Below, piece after piece: positions 37,965 through 48,961 of a DNA stretch of 64,000 nt. Positions within the stretch are counted from its first letter, which is position 1; the number at the start of each line of letters is the position of its first letter. The notes below the pieces were generated by a model. That model saw only the letters and a list, made by a program, of their open reading frames with translations. It ran no database searches and was not told where the DNA came from. Made by a program: the position numbers and the translations under genes. This DNA comes from Fimicolochytrium jonesii (lineage: Eukaryota). Where the stretch lies: positions 62,001-126,000 of the forward strand of contig NW_026515681.1 in NCBI RefSeq assembly GCF_025526975.1, read 5' to 3'.

Positions 37965-37976
37965 AGAGAGGGGTGA

Positions 37977-38509
37977 TGTTATGGACGACGCGCCCATACC
38001 ATAAGCTTACCTACTGACAGCCGCCAATGTCAACCGCCAAATGTCAAACGCCAATGTCAATGTCAGTGTCAATGTCAGTGTCAATGTCAATGTCAATGCC
38101 ACTCCCCCTCTCTCCTCTCATTTCGCCAATCCTCTTGCAATATCGCCACTCCTCCTCTCTCCTCTCATTTCGCCAATCCCCCCTCGGCTTCTCCACACCC
38201 CCCACTGCTTCCCCATAGCCAGCAGCTGTAGCAATGCTCTCTACGCTCGCCACGCACGCTCTAGGAGCATAGCTGGCGCCCCCCCCAGTCCCTCTTGTTG
38301 TTGTTGTTCTCTGATCTGCTGGGTTGCCTATCTATAAATAGCCGGCCTCTCTTCGTCCATTCCCTTCCTCCCCAGCAGATCAACACCAGTTCTTCTCACC
38401 TCCTCTTCCAGTCCTTGTTTCTTGTTCCGCCAATACAATCTCTTGTCGCCTATCACACTTGCCCTGTCTTCTCTACTTCGCTTCCGCCCCCGTCGTCGAG
38501 ATCATAACA
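37977..38509 (+). repeat. 3' LTR of element 2 (533 bp)
   Basis: About 9 substitutions and 3 indels relative to the 5' LTR, counted by eye. Confidence 0.95.
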
Positions 38510-39883
38510 TGCCTCCACCTTTGGGCCGGCATACGCCAAGTCAATGTTTGCTGCCGCAAATGTGGGTTCAACAAAGTTTCGAACGTGCGTGGATCTGGAA
38601 GCTCATTAGCATGTCATTCTTCCCATACTTCAGACGTTTGGGTTGATGGACAGGAAGACCGCCATCGACGTTGAGACGCAGGGACAAGTTGTAGGACAAT
38701 TTCGTTCGCAGTATTCTTTCCGAGATCTCGTGTTTCAGTATCTCACTTCAACCAAACCGGTTTTCACTGGGAATTTCAAGCTCAATGGTCAGGAGCATAA
38801 ATCACTTGCTCTTGGTAGGAGCCGCCCTTTACATTACGCGGTAATGGTACCAGACGTTGATGTGCTATTGTTCATGTAGGTAGGCCCATTGGGGTGCGGG
38901 AAGTCAACCATTATTGGGATACTGCAACCTTGGTATGATCCCTGGCAGGATCCGCCACCGTTGGCGGAATTCCGATATGCCAGTACCCATTGAAAGCGCT
39001 GCGCTCGCAAATGGCTTTGGTAAGAGAAACGATTTGTACCCCACTTACCCTGCATAAACTATACCAGGTCGGTCAAGAACCAGTACTCTTCGACCTAAGC
39101 ATTGCGGAAAACATCGCCTGGGGCTGTGAACACCCTGTTAAAATGGTAAGGTTAGGGAGGAAATCCAGTTGAACGGAAAGATTGAATGAACTGTTTATAG
39201 GAGGAAATAGAGGAAGCGGCCCGCCAAGCAAATGTGGATGCCTTTGTGGCTGCTGTACCCGACGGTGAAGTTTCAAGCTCATTCCATTTCCTTTGATGTT
39301 CTCGTTCATTAAGAGCATTGAACATTAGGTTACGCAACACGTTGTGGGGAGAAAGGCGGCCATTTATTGGGCGGTGAGCCAACAGATATGATGTATTTTT
39401 ACCACTGTCAAACGGGAATTGCTGACAAAACCGCACTAGGTCAAAAGCAGCGGATCGCAATCGCTAGATCTCTGATCAGAAAACTGAAAATTTTTCTCTT
39501 AGGTTGGTCAGCCACCATTGCTGTGATTTGGTTGCCGCTAGGAATTTACACTTGCACTTTTCCTTGCAAAAATGAAGCCACATCTGCCATTGATAGTAAA
39601 GCGGAAGCGGAGGTTCAAAAAGCCATAGGCAAAGCCTCAGCAGGTCGTACTGCGGTCATTATCGCCCATCTCCATGGCAGATTTTTGTTGAGCACACTTG
39701 CCGTTAATGTGCAACGGACATCTAACATCTTGGCCCGACAACATGAAACAGCCTTTCCACCATCAAGAATGTGATTGTATAGCCGTCAGTTGTGAAGGTC
39801 GCGTCGTAGAGATGGGTAAACATGAGGAATTGGGGGCGAGGAATGGGATCTATGCGGATATGTGCTGTCAGCAGAATCTTTGA
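38510..39883 (+). pseudogene. 3' fragment of an ABCB (MDR/P-glycoprotein) transporter: end of TMD2 plus NBD2, degenerate, retains introns
   Basis: FGPAYAKS; Walker [58 protein letters not shown]. Frameshift near 38940 and an apparently lost splice acceptor near 39570. Confidence 0.88.
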
Positions 39884-40554
39884 AAGCCTACTTAATTCAT
39901 GCATCCTGCGTCACACTGATATTGCGGCATGGCTAGCGCCGAACGGCTTCGTTTTTGGGTTGACCCAATATTCAAATATAGCAAATCAAGGACCTCACAG
40001 GCATTACGATTACTCTCCGGACGGCTGTATCCCTCTCGCACATCTTTCTGTGACATTGCACGTCCTTTTTTTGGATCAGCCACGCTTGATTGAGGCTCTC
40101 ATCAATAATGCCTAGGGTTAGAGTTTGCGTGGACAGTAGATGTACAATTCTCAGAGGCACACATTTGTACGCTTAGCAATGCGAGATATCATGCAAGTGG
40201 TCTCATTTACTACCGATCGCACACAATATGGATGGGCACATCTGCTTCCTTGTCTTTTACGGGCACCGAGGGGATTCGGTTGTTGGTGCAAAACAAACCA
40301 GATGGAATCTCCTCTGTCATCTCGGGATATTTGGTTTGTACAGTAGTTCTTGAAAAGTACAGGAAACACCAAATCATTCAAGACGCATAGAAACTCAACA
40401 AGCCTGGGTGGTCGAAGATGTAAGGGATTGACAGATTTCGACAGTGCGAAGGCATCTTCGGGATCTCCGACTCGGACCTAGGGACCAGCCCTCTTATCCA
40501 GCGATTAATTTCCCATCGTCATCAAATTCTGCGCTTGAAGATTGGTAGAAGGGA

Positions 40555-41989
40555 ATGCGATTCCTCATTCACCACCTCCTGTACGCCCTCACTCTCCTCC
40601 CACAAATCTCCGCCGAAATCCCCTCCCACACCCTTCCCCTCCTCACCTCCCAAGACCCCTCAAATCTCCTCGCTCCTCCCCCACAACCAAAGAAACAGTC
40701 CCACCACACCCTTGTCTCCACCGCTCTCTACGACCAGGACTCCATCGACTCCTGGCCGGACTATTTTGACCATCTGGACGAAGATGGGTTGGCGCCGTTG
40801 ACCAAGGAGGTTCAGAAGTGGATTTGGGAGCGGCAGAATCCCAAGGAGGAGGAGTGTGAGGGGGGGAGGTTTCTGGTCACGGACGGGTGGGCGAGTGGGT
40901 TGGGGAGTGCCGTACATGGTCAGTCGAATGTGTCCGACACATGTCATATACGAGGATGTTGACCCCATATGTGATTCTCACACAGTCATCGGCCACCACC
41001 TCGGCTCAGCTCTCGAAGACTCCCGCATCCTCCTCTACAACCCCTCCAGCTCCGGCGCCGGCTCGCTCTACGCCGACCCGGGCTGCAACCGCTCTTCCCC
41101 GACCACGACCTTCGACTGCTTCTTCCGCCCGCTATCCACCTGCAGCCACGCCCACGCCCTGTCCTCGCCTGACACCACCCACGTCAAAACCTCCCATGCC
41201 GTGCCCAGACCGTACAATGGAGCGCCGACATATTGGCGGGAGCGGTTGAGGGAAGAGCTTGGGGAAGGGTTGACGGACGCTTTTATAAAGTATTGGTGGA
41301 GGGCGCAGAGCGCCGCGTATGTGATGCGGTTGAATGGGGAGACGGCGCGCGAGGTGAGGGCGTTGAGAATGGAGGAGAAGAGACAGAAGGTGTGGACGAG
41401 GGAGGGGGAGGTTAGTGGGATGCCGTTTCCGCTGCCGGGTGGGGTGGTGGGGATGCATGTGCGGCATGGGGATAAAGGGCACGGTAATGTCTGCTTTCCT
41501 TTTTTGTGAACCCATTTTTTAGGGGACTGAACGATTTTGTCTATCTGGACAGAAATGAATCTCGTCCCGCTTGAAACGTTCATGCAGGCCTTCCATACCC
41601 TTACCTCCCAGAACCCGCTCCACTTCCGCTCCCACGCCTTCATCTCCTCCGAAAACCCCTCGGTCATCGCCTCCGCCTCCCACCTCCCCACCGCCTTCGC
41701 ACCTTCCACCCCTGCTTTCCCGACAACCAACCTCGTCATCTACACCACCGACATACCGCGCATCAACACCTCCCCGTTCGAGCAGCTCAACAGATTTGGG
41801 AAGTCGCGAATGACGCATTTTTGGTTGTTGCAGATGATGATGCAGTTGGAGTGTAGTGCGTGGATCGGGACCAGAGGGAGTAATTGGAATAGGTTAGTGG
41901 ATGAGTTGAGATGTGTGTGGGTGGATAGGTGTGCAGGGGTGTATGTGGAGGTCGGGAGTAAGGGGGATTGGGGGGAGTATAATTGGTAG
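40555..41989 (+). CDS. Alpha-1,6-fucosyltransferase-like glycosyltransferase (GT23/FUT8/NodZ-like); 3 exons
   Basis: Signal peptide; IWERQNP..C; SGLGSAVH; GMHVRHGDK; IGTRGSNWNRLVDELR. Confidence 0.72.
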
Positions 41990-42453
41990 AGTGCGGGGTT
42001 AGGTTCGGGGAAATGTGCGCTGATACAATAGAGTTCTGCTACGGTAGAGCAGATACAGTAGACGTTTGCTAGGATGCCTCCCTATGGGAGGGCAATGTGT
42101 AAGATGTGATTTCCCCCTCCTTGCCGCGTATTCCAAAGCCGTAACCCTCCCGAATTCAAAGACGGAGCGGCGATGAAGAAATCCCGCAATTCTGGGAAGC
42201 GACTGCAACAAGATTAGCGTTAGATCTGTATGGAGATGGAAGACGAGCAGATGTCAAATTGGAGGTCTCAGGATCGCGGTTGTGCTCTGGGGGGGGGATC
42301 CGAACAAGGCAATGATACTCTTGGATCCAAGTTAAGGCAAAAGCTGACATCCCGCTTTTCCTTTGGAGCGGAATCGTAGTTGTTGGAGCTGGATTTTCGT
42401 ATTTTGTCGGGGCTTGTGATGTTCTATCCCAGAAATTGGAGGTTATAAATGTA

Positions 42454-42579
42454 CAGTCAACGGACAAAAAGCTGTGCATCCCCTGAAATAAATCAGCGAC
42501 TGCCGCAGCGCCAAATTCACGTGAGTGACCGACTTTGATTTCAATTAGAAGGGGTGCACAGGTTTATGTCCGTTGACTG
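42454..42579. mobile_element. 126-bp Tc1/mariner-type MITE
   Basis: ~30-bp imperfect TIRs (CAGTCAACGGACAAAAAGCTGTGCATCCCCT / AGGGGTGCACAGGTTTATGTCCGTTGACTG), flanked by TA on both sides. Confidence 0.85.
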
Positions 42580-43715
42580 TACACAGCTTTTCGAGCGGGG
42601 ACAGGTGAAATCCATCTGTCCCCGTCCGTTCTGCGCTTGATTTTGTGATATTGCCACATTCAATGATCCATCCTCACCCTGGCCATCGAATGCCCTAGGA
42701 AAACTGCAACAAACCAAAAAGAAAGATGCAAAACGCTGGTAACGCGTTATTCGCTGTCAATCTGAATGTCAGTCTAATGGACTCCGTTCGGAGGTTGCTT
42801 GTAGTAAGCTTCTCTATTATTCTTCTCGAGTGAATAAATAACAGATAACCCTATAGCCCTTTCCTTTCCTTTATCTCTTTTTCACTCGAGTGCACAGATC
42901 ATAGAACGGGACGGAGCCCTCTTCAGATTCACAACCAACCCCACCTCGTAGTACACCGAACCTGTGCCGAGCACCGTTCTCGAACTCTGATGAATCTTTT
43001 GGATGGAAGGTCTTTGAAAAGTGTGAACAGCGGCATCCATCGGGCCCACGGGCCCATGTTTGTGTCCATTACGTCGGATTTCTTCTACAGTCGATTGCTT
43101 TTTCACACCCTCCATCAACTTGGAAGATGCGCAGAAGGGAGGGAGCAACATTTCACAAGGGGGAGATTTAATTTCGCAAGGGGGAGATGCTCAGATAGAT
43201 CAGCCAGGGCGGGAACAGCCGGAAGTGGGTGGGTGGGTGGTCACCGACGCCGGGTGCTTGTGGCCACTGGGGCGGCGCGCACGTGATCCGACCCAGGCTG
43301 TGGGGCTGATTGGGATCCCCTCACTACAGTATATGCGGTGCGCGTCCTGTCCCGTCCCGTCGTCGCGGCAAGCGGCGAGTGTAATAGTGTGCCCCTGCTT
43401 CCCCCTCACTCGGAGTCCCTGCGAGCAAGCAACGGGCGGCTCCCACGGTTCTCTCCCCCTCCTCAGCATCCTAACAACTCTCGGCGTTCTCGGAGCACGA
43501 CGCCCGCCCACTTCTCATATCCATATCGATATCTATGGCCGAACACACACAGGTATGGGCGGCCATATCTTGTCGTGTACTATGCCACTATGTACTCTGT
43601 ATGCAGCAACTTGAAGGCGGTATTTAAATGTCAACGGCGGTGGACAGTCGCTCGCTCGCTCGAGATCTACTCTCCATAAGGCCAGCGTCAGAAACACCCC
43701 GTCGCGTCAGTCCAA

Positions 43716-45029
43716 ATGACCTCGGCAACTCCCCCTGAAGAGGTACTGCAACTGAACACGCCCACAGCAGAGGTGGTGGATAAGGACGCACCGCCAACCA
43801 GCATCCCAACCCCACCACCACCGCCCATCCACACCACCGCCGCCCAAGATGAGGACACCAACGCACCCATCTTCCCCCTCCTCAACCTCCCCCTCGACCT
43901 GTTCACCCTCATCTTCTCCTACCTCCCCTTCCACGACATCGTCAACCTCCGCTCAGTCTGCCACGCCTGGTCCCACACCCTCATCCCCATCCAGTACCAC
44001 ACCGTCCTCATCGACTCCCTCCACCGCTGCACCGCCTTCATCCGCATGGGCAAAAACCACCCGCAGAGACTCACCCACATCAAAGCAATGTCCATCCTGC
44101 AGTACGGCACCCGCTGGTTCTTTAATTCAGAGACCTTTCCCAATGACATGCTTGCCTTGTTGAAGCTGTGTGCGAATCTCGATAGCTTTGCGTATGATTC
44201 CATGTTGAGGGGCCCAAAGAGCTTGTCGATGGATACGGTGTTTAGTCCGATGTTTTTTATGGCGAATACCTGTGCGATCATCGGTGAGAGGATCGAGTAT
44301 GTCCATTTTGGGAACGATTGGGAGTACAATAGGGTGAGTATCGCGAGCGAGCGATAGCGATAGCGAGCGCGGACCTACGCAAACGCCCTTCGCGAGCGAA
44401 AGGAACGATTCATGCCATGCAAACCTCACTAACCGCACCGCATTCCTCCCCCTCTTTCCACTTCTCAGCAAGTCCTCCCCTGGTTCAACATGATCTCGGA
44501 ATCCGCACAAATAGCCCAAGTGCACAAATTCTTCTCACACCTCCCGAACCTGACACGCATGGCGACGCTCTTCCTGCAACCCGAAGACCGCACGCGGCTG
44601 ACCGCAAAAACCTGGTCCGTCTGCCTACCCCCTACCTGCACCGCCGTCGCCCTGGGATACCCCGACCACCCGGGCGCCTACGACCCCTCGTTGGAATGCG
44701 TCCCCGATTTCGTCACTACCGTCCATGTGCGCGGGATCAGCTGGGCCCACGGCGCCGTGGCCGATCTGGCGCGCCCGGGCAGGGTCGTGAAGGTGTATTT
44801 GGTGGACGCGGAGCCGGAGCGGTGGCAGGCGCTTCTGGCGAGTTATGCCGCGACGTTGGGGAGGGCGAGGAAGGGCGCCGTGCTGCATGTCTATGGCGCC
44901 TGGGATACCTGCCATGAGGAGTTTGTGAAGGTGTCGCACGAGGCTGGCGGGTTTGAGACCGTGGAGATGGTGGGGAACCCGTATGGCCCCGACGAACCGT
45001 TTACGTTGCAGGGGGATTGGGCGTATTGA
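43716..45029 (+). CDS. F-box domain protein; 2 exons
   Basis: LLNLPLDLFTLIFSYLPFHDIVNLRSVCHAW; intron 44334-44468 joins the two ORFs in frame. Confidence 0.85.
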
Positions 45030-45275
45030 AGTTCGGGGAGTCGACCCGACTTGATCCATTTCTCGGACACATTTCTCACTACTGGCATCGGCCAGAACCC
45101 CCCAGCGCCGATTTCTCCCTAACCCTCTGTATATACTCCCCCGCGCCCCCAACGCATACCAGCAAACATACTGTATATCCCCCCACCAAAAAGGGTCAAG
45201 GGGGGCAGGTCCCCCCCCCCCCGCCCGGACATTTGTACTGTAAACTGCCACTGTAATTTTTACTTTTAATCTATA

Positions 45276-48200
45276 TCAATCCGATGCTTCTTTTTCGAAC
45301 CCCATCGGCGGTGGTGGTGGTACCGGCGAGCTCTCCCCCCTCCCCTCCCCTCCCCCCTCCCCGCCCGGATCATCGGACCCTTTCGATGAGCGCATGTGGA
45401 TCCGCACGCCCTGCCGCGCAAAGAGCTTCGAGAGGGGTGTCGAGCCTAGTGTGTGAAACGGGGGGGGGGGTCCAGAACGAACGGTGAGAATTTGCAGCCA
45501 CGCGTGGGGGAGGGGGGGAGAGAGTCGAGAACGAAGGGTTGGGGCCGGTCCAGCGCGTCCGAGGACCCAAAAGCGCGAGTTATGCGCGCCCTCCCTTTAC
45601 AGAAACGTACCCATCATCCCCGGAAAAGCCTTTGGCGTAAACACCGTAAACACGTCCGTAAACACCGTCGCCTGCGCGGGCCGGCCGCCAGCCCCTTCCT
45701 CCCTCTCTTCCACCCGCGATACGGACTCGACGCTCGCTCGGTCTTGTGACGTCGTGCCGGTGGAGGGCCGTTGCGATGACGACGCGGTCGAGACGGGTCT
45801 GGATGCGCGGGCTGGGGTCGATGCGTCGGACGCGGCTGGGGCTGGTGTCGGGACGGTGGGCGGGTTGGTGCTGTTGAAGGGACGCAGGGGGGGTTAGTTG
45901 TTGACCAACAGAATAGGGGGGGGGGGGGGTTCTTGCTGATGAATAGTCGCAGGGGGGCGTGTGTGAACAAAGCCTCCCATCGAAGAAGCGGGGGAGAAAA
46001 GGGCACCTTCCTTACCCCCCAATAACCCGTCTCCCGACATCAAACAACCGAAACCGTAACCGAAACACACCCCCGGCCCTCACGCCGACGTCCGGGAACA
46101 CGAAAAACAAGCCCTTTTTCCCGCTCTCGTCGCGCAGCACGTGGCAGCATGAGACGAGCGAGCCCATCAGGATCGGGCCGTGTTGCGAGCGCGAGGACGG
46201 GCCGCCGAGGGGTTTGCGTGGTGGTTTTTTGTGGGTGGGCGCGTGAGACGATGACCATGGACTGGCGTGTGCGACGGGGTGCGAGGATGAGGAGGTGGTT
46301 TGGAATGGGTTGGGATGCGTGTTGTGATGGTGCCCCCCATTCCCAAACACCTCACCCGCGTCCGACTCGTTATGCTGCTGCTGCCCCTCGTCGACCACGT
46401 CGTCCACGGTTCCCGCAATAGACTCCAACGACGCCGTCGACGCCAGCATATACAAGCTCGACGACGAGAACGAGGGCGCGGTTGATAATGGCGGGATCCC
46501 CCTCCTGTCCGCGGGCAGGCCGAGCGGTGATGTCAGCATGGTGTTGGTGAGGAGTTGTCCTGTCCCCTTTGTCATGTCGTTGGGTTGGTTTTCGGGGCGG
46601 GAAGAGGCGTCGCGCTGGAGGTAAGGCTCGCATGTGAATGTGTGGGGTAAGGCGGCTGGGGCCGGGTTCCGCGGATCGGTGGGGGCTGCTGCTGACGATG
46701 ATGATGGACGTGTTGACCAGAACTGCGCCAAGTCGTATTGTCGTGCGCGGGTGTTGAGTTGAGCGGATGTGGGAGGTTCACCCTGGCTATCGCGTTTTTC
46801 AACCAGTTGATGGTGCTGATGATGATGATGCCGCTGCTGTTGCTGTTGTGAGCTCGACGCCGTGTGCTTGCCCGGCGCTTTGGAGCTGGAGCTACTGCCA
46901 GGCCTCGACGCTGCCGAACCGGCTTGCTGTAACCGCCCGCGAGGCGCGCTGGCCATCGTGCAGTCCGTGCTCAGGTCCCTGCGAAAGACGACACCAGCGT
47001 CAGCGTTCGCATTCCATTGCCTCTAGTCCTCTTGCAAGCTCATCTTGAAGAGTTGGACCACCCAAACCCGGACGGCGGGCTATGAACGTTTCCCATACTC
47101 TCCCTCTCGCTTTTGCATCATAATGGAGACGTATACATCTACACTCACGCTGTCCACAAGCACGCATGCACAATCATGTACGGCGTATCTGCCCAGCTGC
47201 CGCATCGTCACCCAAAAAGCAGTTATAGAAATCAGTCGGAGACAGGTTGCGTATGGCGAGCAGAAAGCAAAGCGAAAGGGGGAGAGAAACGAAGAGAAAA
47301 AAAGATAATCCAGACAATAAAACTCCCTAATGAGATTTCGTGCGCGTGACATACACAATTGTAACGGAAACGGGGAAAGGTTTGCTCTAATTTACTTACC
47401 AGGCTTCGACGACGTTGCCCTCTTCATCGCGCATCAACAGTTGGACACTAAAACCAAAAAAAGTGGCAATGAGATGAGTTCCCGTGGTAGACCGACCACC
47501 GCGTAGCCATGAACCAGGTGAGTCATTGCCTGCAATGGCAAGTACCACTGGTAGACCCATCCCACGGTGAATGTCGCCAACGACCATAATGCATAGCATG
47601 GATTTGCCAGGGGTCGGGGTTCCGAATGGCCGTGGTGCCAGGTCCGACGACACCAACGAAAAGAATACAAGGAAACTCACATGGGTGGTGGATCTATCGA
47701 CCGCCTGCAGTTCGAAAACGAGAACCGGGAAGTGAAGTGGCGAGGTAAAGCGGGGAGGTAAGGGGATTTGGTGACGGGGGCCCGGGAAAGAGTGCAGGAA
47801 ATCAAATGCCGTAGCGATGGTTCAGGTCGATGTTACCAGCGTTTGACAGGGACGGAGGCGCGGAGTCGGAGGCGGGAGGGGTCCAGGCGAACAAAGGAAC
47901 GCAGGTGTTAAAAGAATAAAGTTGGTTGTGGTGTATCCGAAAGTTCATCAAAGTCGGAGCCGGCGGAGGGCGAAAAGGGCGAGAGCGGGTGTGGAAGAGG
48001 GCGAGACGCGTCAGTTTGCGGTCCAGACTCATTTAGGCCCACACATGGAAACACCCATCAACCGGGAGTGGACGACACACACGATAGACATACCGGTCTT
48101 TGTTACTGTACCCACTCATCCGCGCCCGCACCGGCTGCTGGCGGACAATCAGCTCGTACGTCGCTCTAGATGGTTGCGGTGCCGGCTCTGGCTCTTGTCT

Positions 48201-48961
48201 AGATGGCTCTGGAGTGGGTCTACAACAAGATGAAACATATGGTTGTGGTGAATATATGATGGGTGTGGCCGCTATGTATGCACAAAAGTAATCGAGAGAG
48301 GTAGGGAGTCCAAGTTGGAAGACAAAAGGCAGCAGGGTAGGCAGAGCCGCCCATCTGCCCGTTTTGGCCAAAACGACCTTTTTGCAGGGCTCCCAGGGTA
48401 TATACCACTCCCTTACCTACTACCGCTGGTCTCGAAGTCGAAGGGTATCGTAGGTGGAAAGGTACGCATCGGATCTTCCACAAACGACGACGCAGCAGAC
48501 GGCCGATTCGGGGCTAATTGCCAATTGCCCTGCAGCAACGCCGCATTAGGGTCGATGGGAAACAGTAGGCCCTGAGGATACTGCATTGAGGCAGCGCCGT
48601 AGAAAGGATACGGCATCGATCCGTGGGTGCCGCCGCTAGGTTGATGCGGAACCATTTCGCCGATTTGCTGAACCCACGGGAAGGTTGGATTTGGGTTGGG
48701 AAGTACCGGCGGCGGCGGCGGCATATCGAACGGTGGAGGCCACAGGTTGTAGAACGGGTAAGGGTCGAATCGCTGCAGAGCAGCTGGATCGAACGACTGC
48801 TGCAATGGTCTTGTGGGACAATGGCCATGGGCGTACATCTGGTGCGGATGGAATGGCACTCGGATTGGCATCAGCAAGGAGTCATCTGGGAACTCGTTCG
48901 TGGTGGTGTCCACGGCCGCGGCGTCGGTGGTGGTGGGTGGGTATCCTGCTGGATAGTCCAT
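45276..48961 (-). CDS. Velvet-domain transcription factor with split domain (VelB-like organisation); multi-exon
   Basis: YELIVRQQPVRARMSG..D-RRSIDPPPI-VQL; LMGSLVS..GLFFVFPDVGVRAGGVFRLRFRLF; VFTDVFTVFTPKAFPGMMGSTPLSKLFARQGVRIHMR. Stop at 45276. Confidence 0.9.

Larger units (their letters stand above)
32488..38509 (+). mobile_element. Second Ty3/Gypsy chromovirus (element 2), sister family of element 1; frameshifted pol; no matching TSD
   Basis: LTRs at 32488-33011 and 37977-38509; PPT AAAGAGAGGGG; gag and pol homologous to element 1; flanks are AAAGC (left) and TGCCT (right). Confidence 0.95.
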
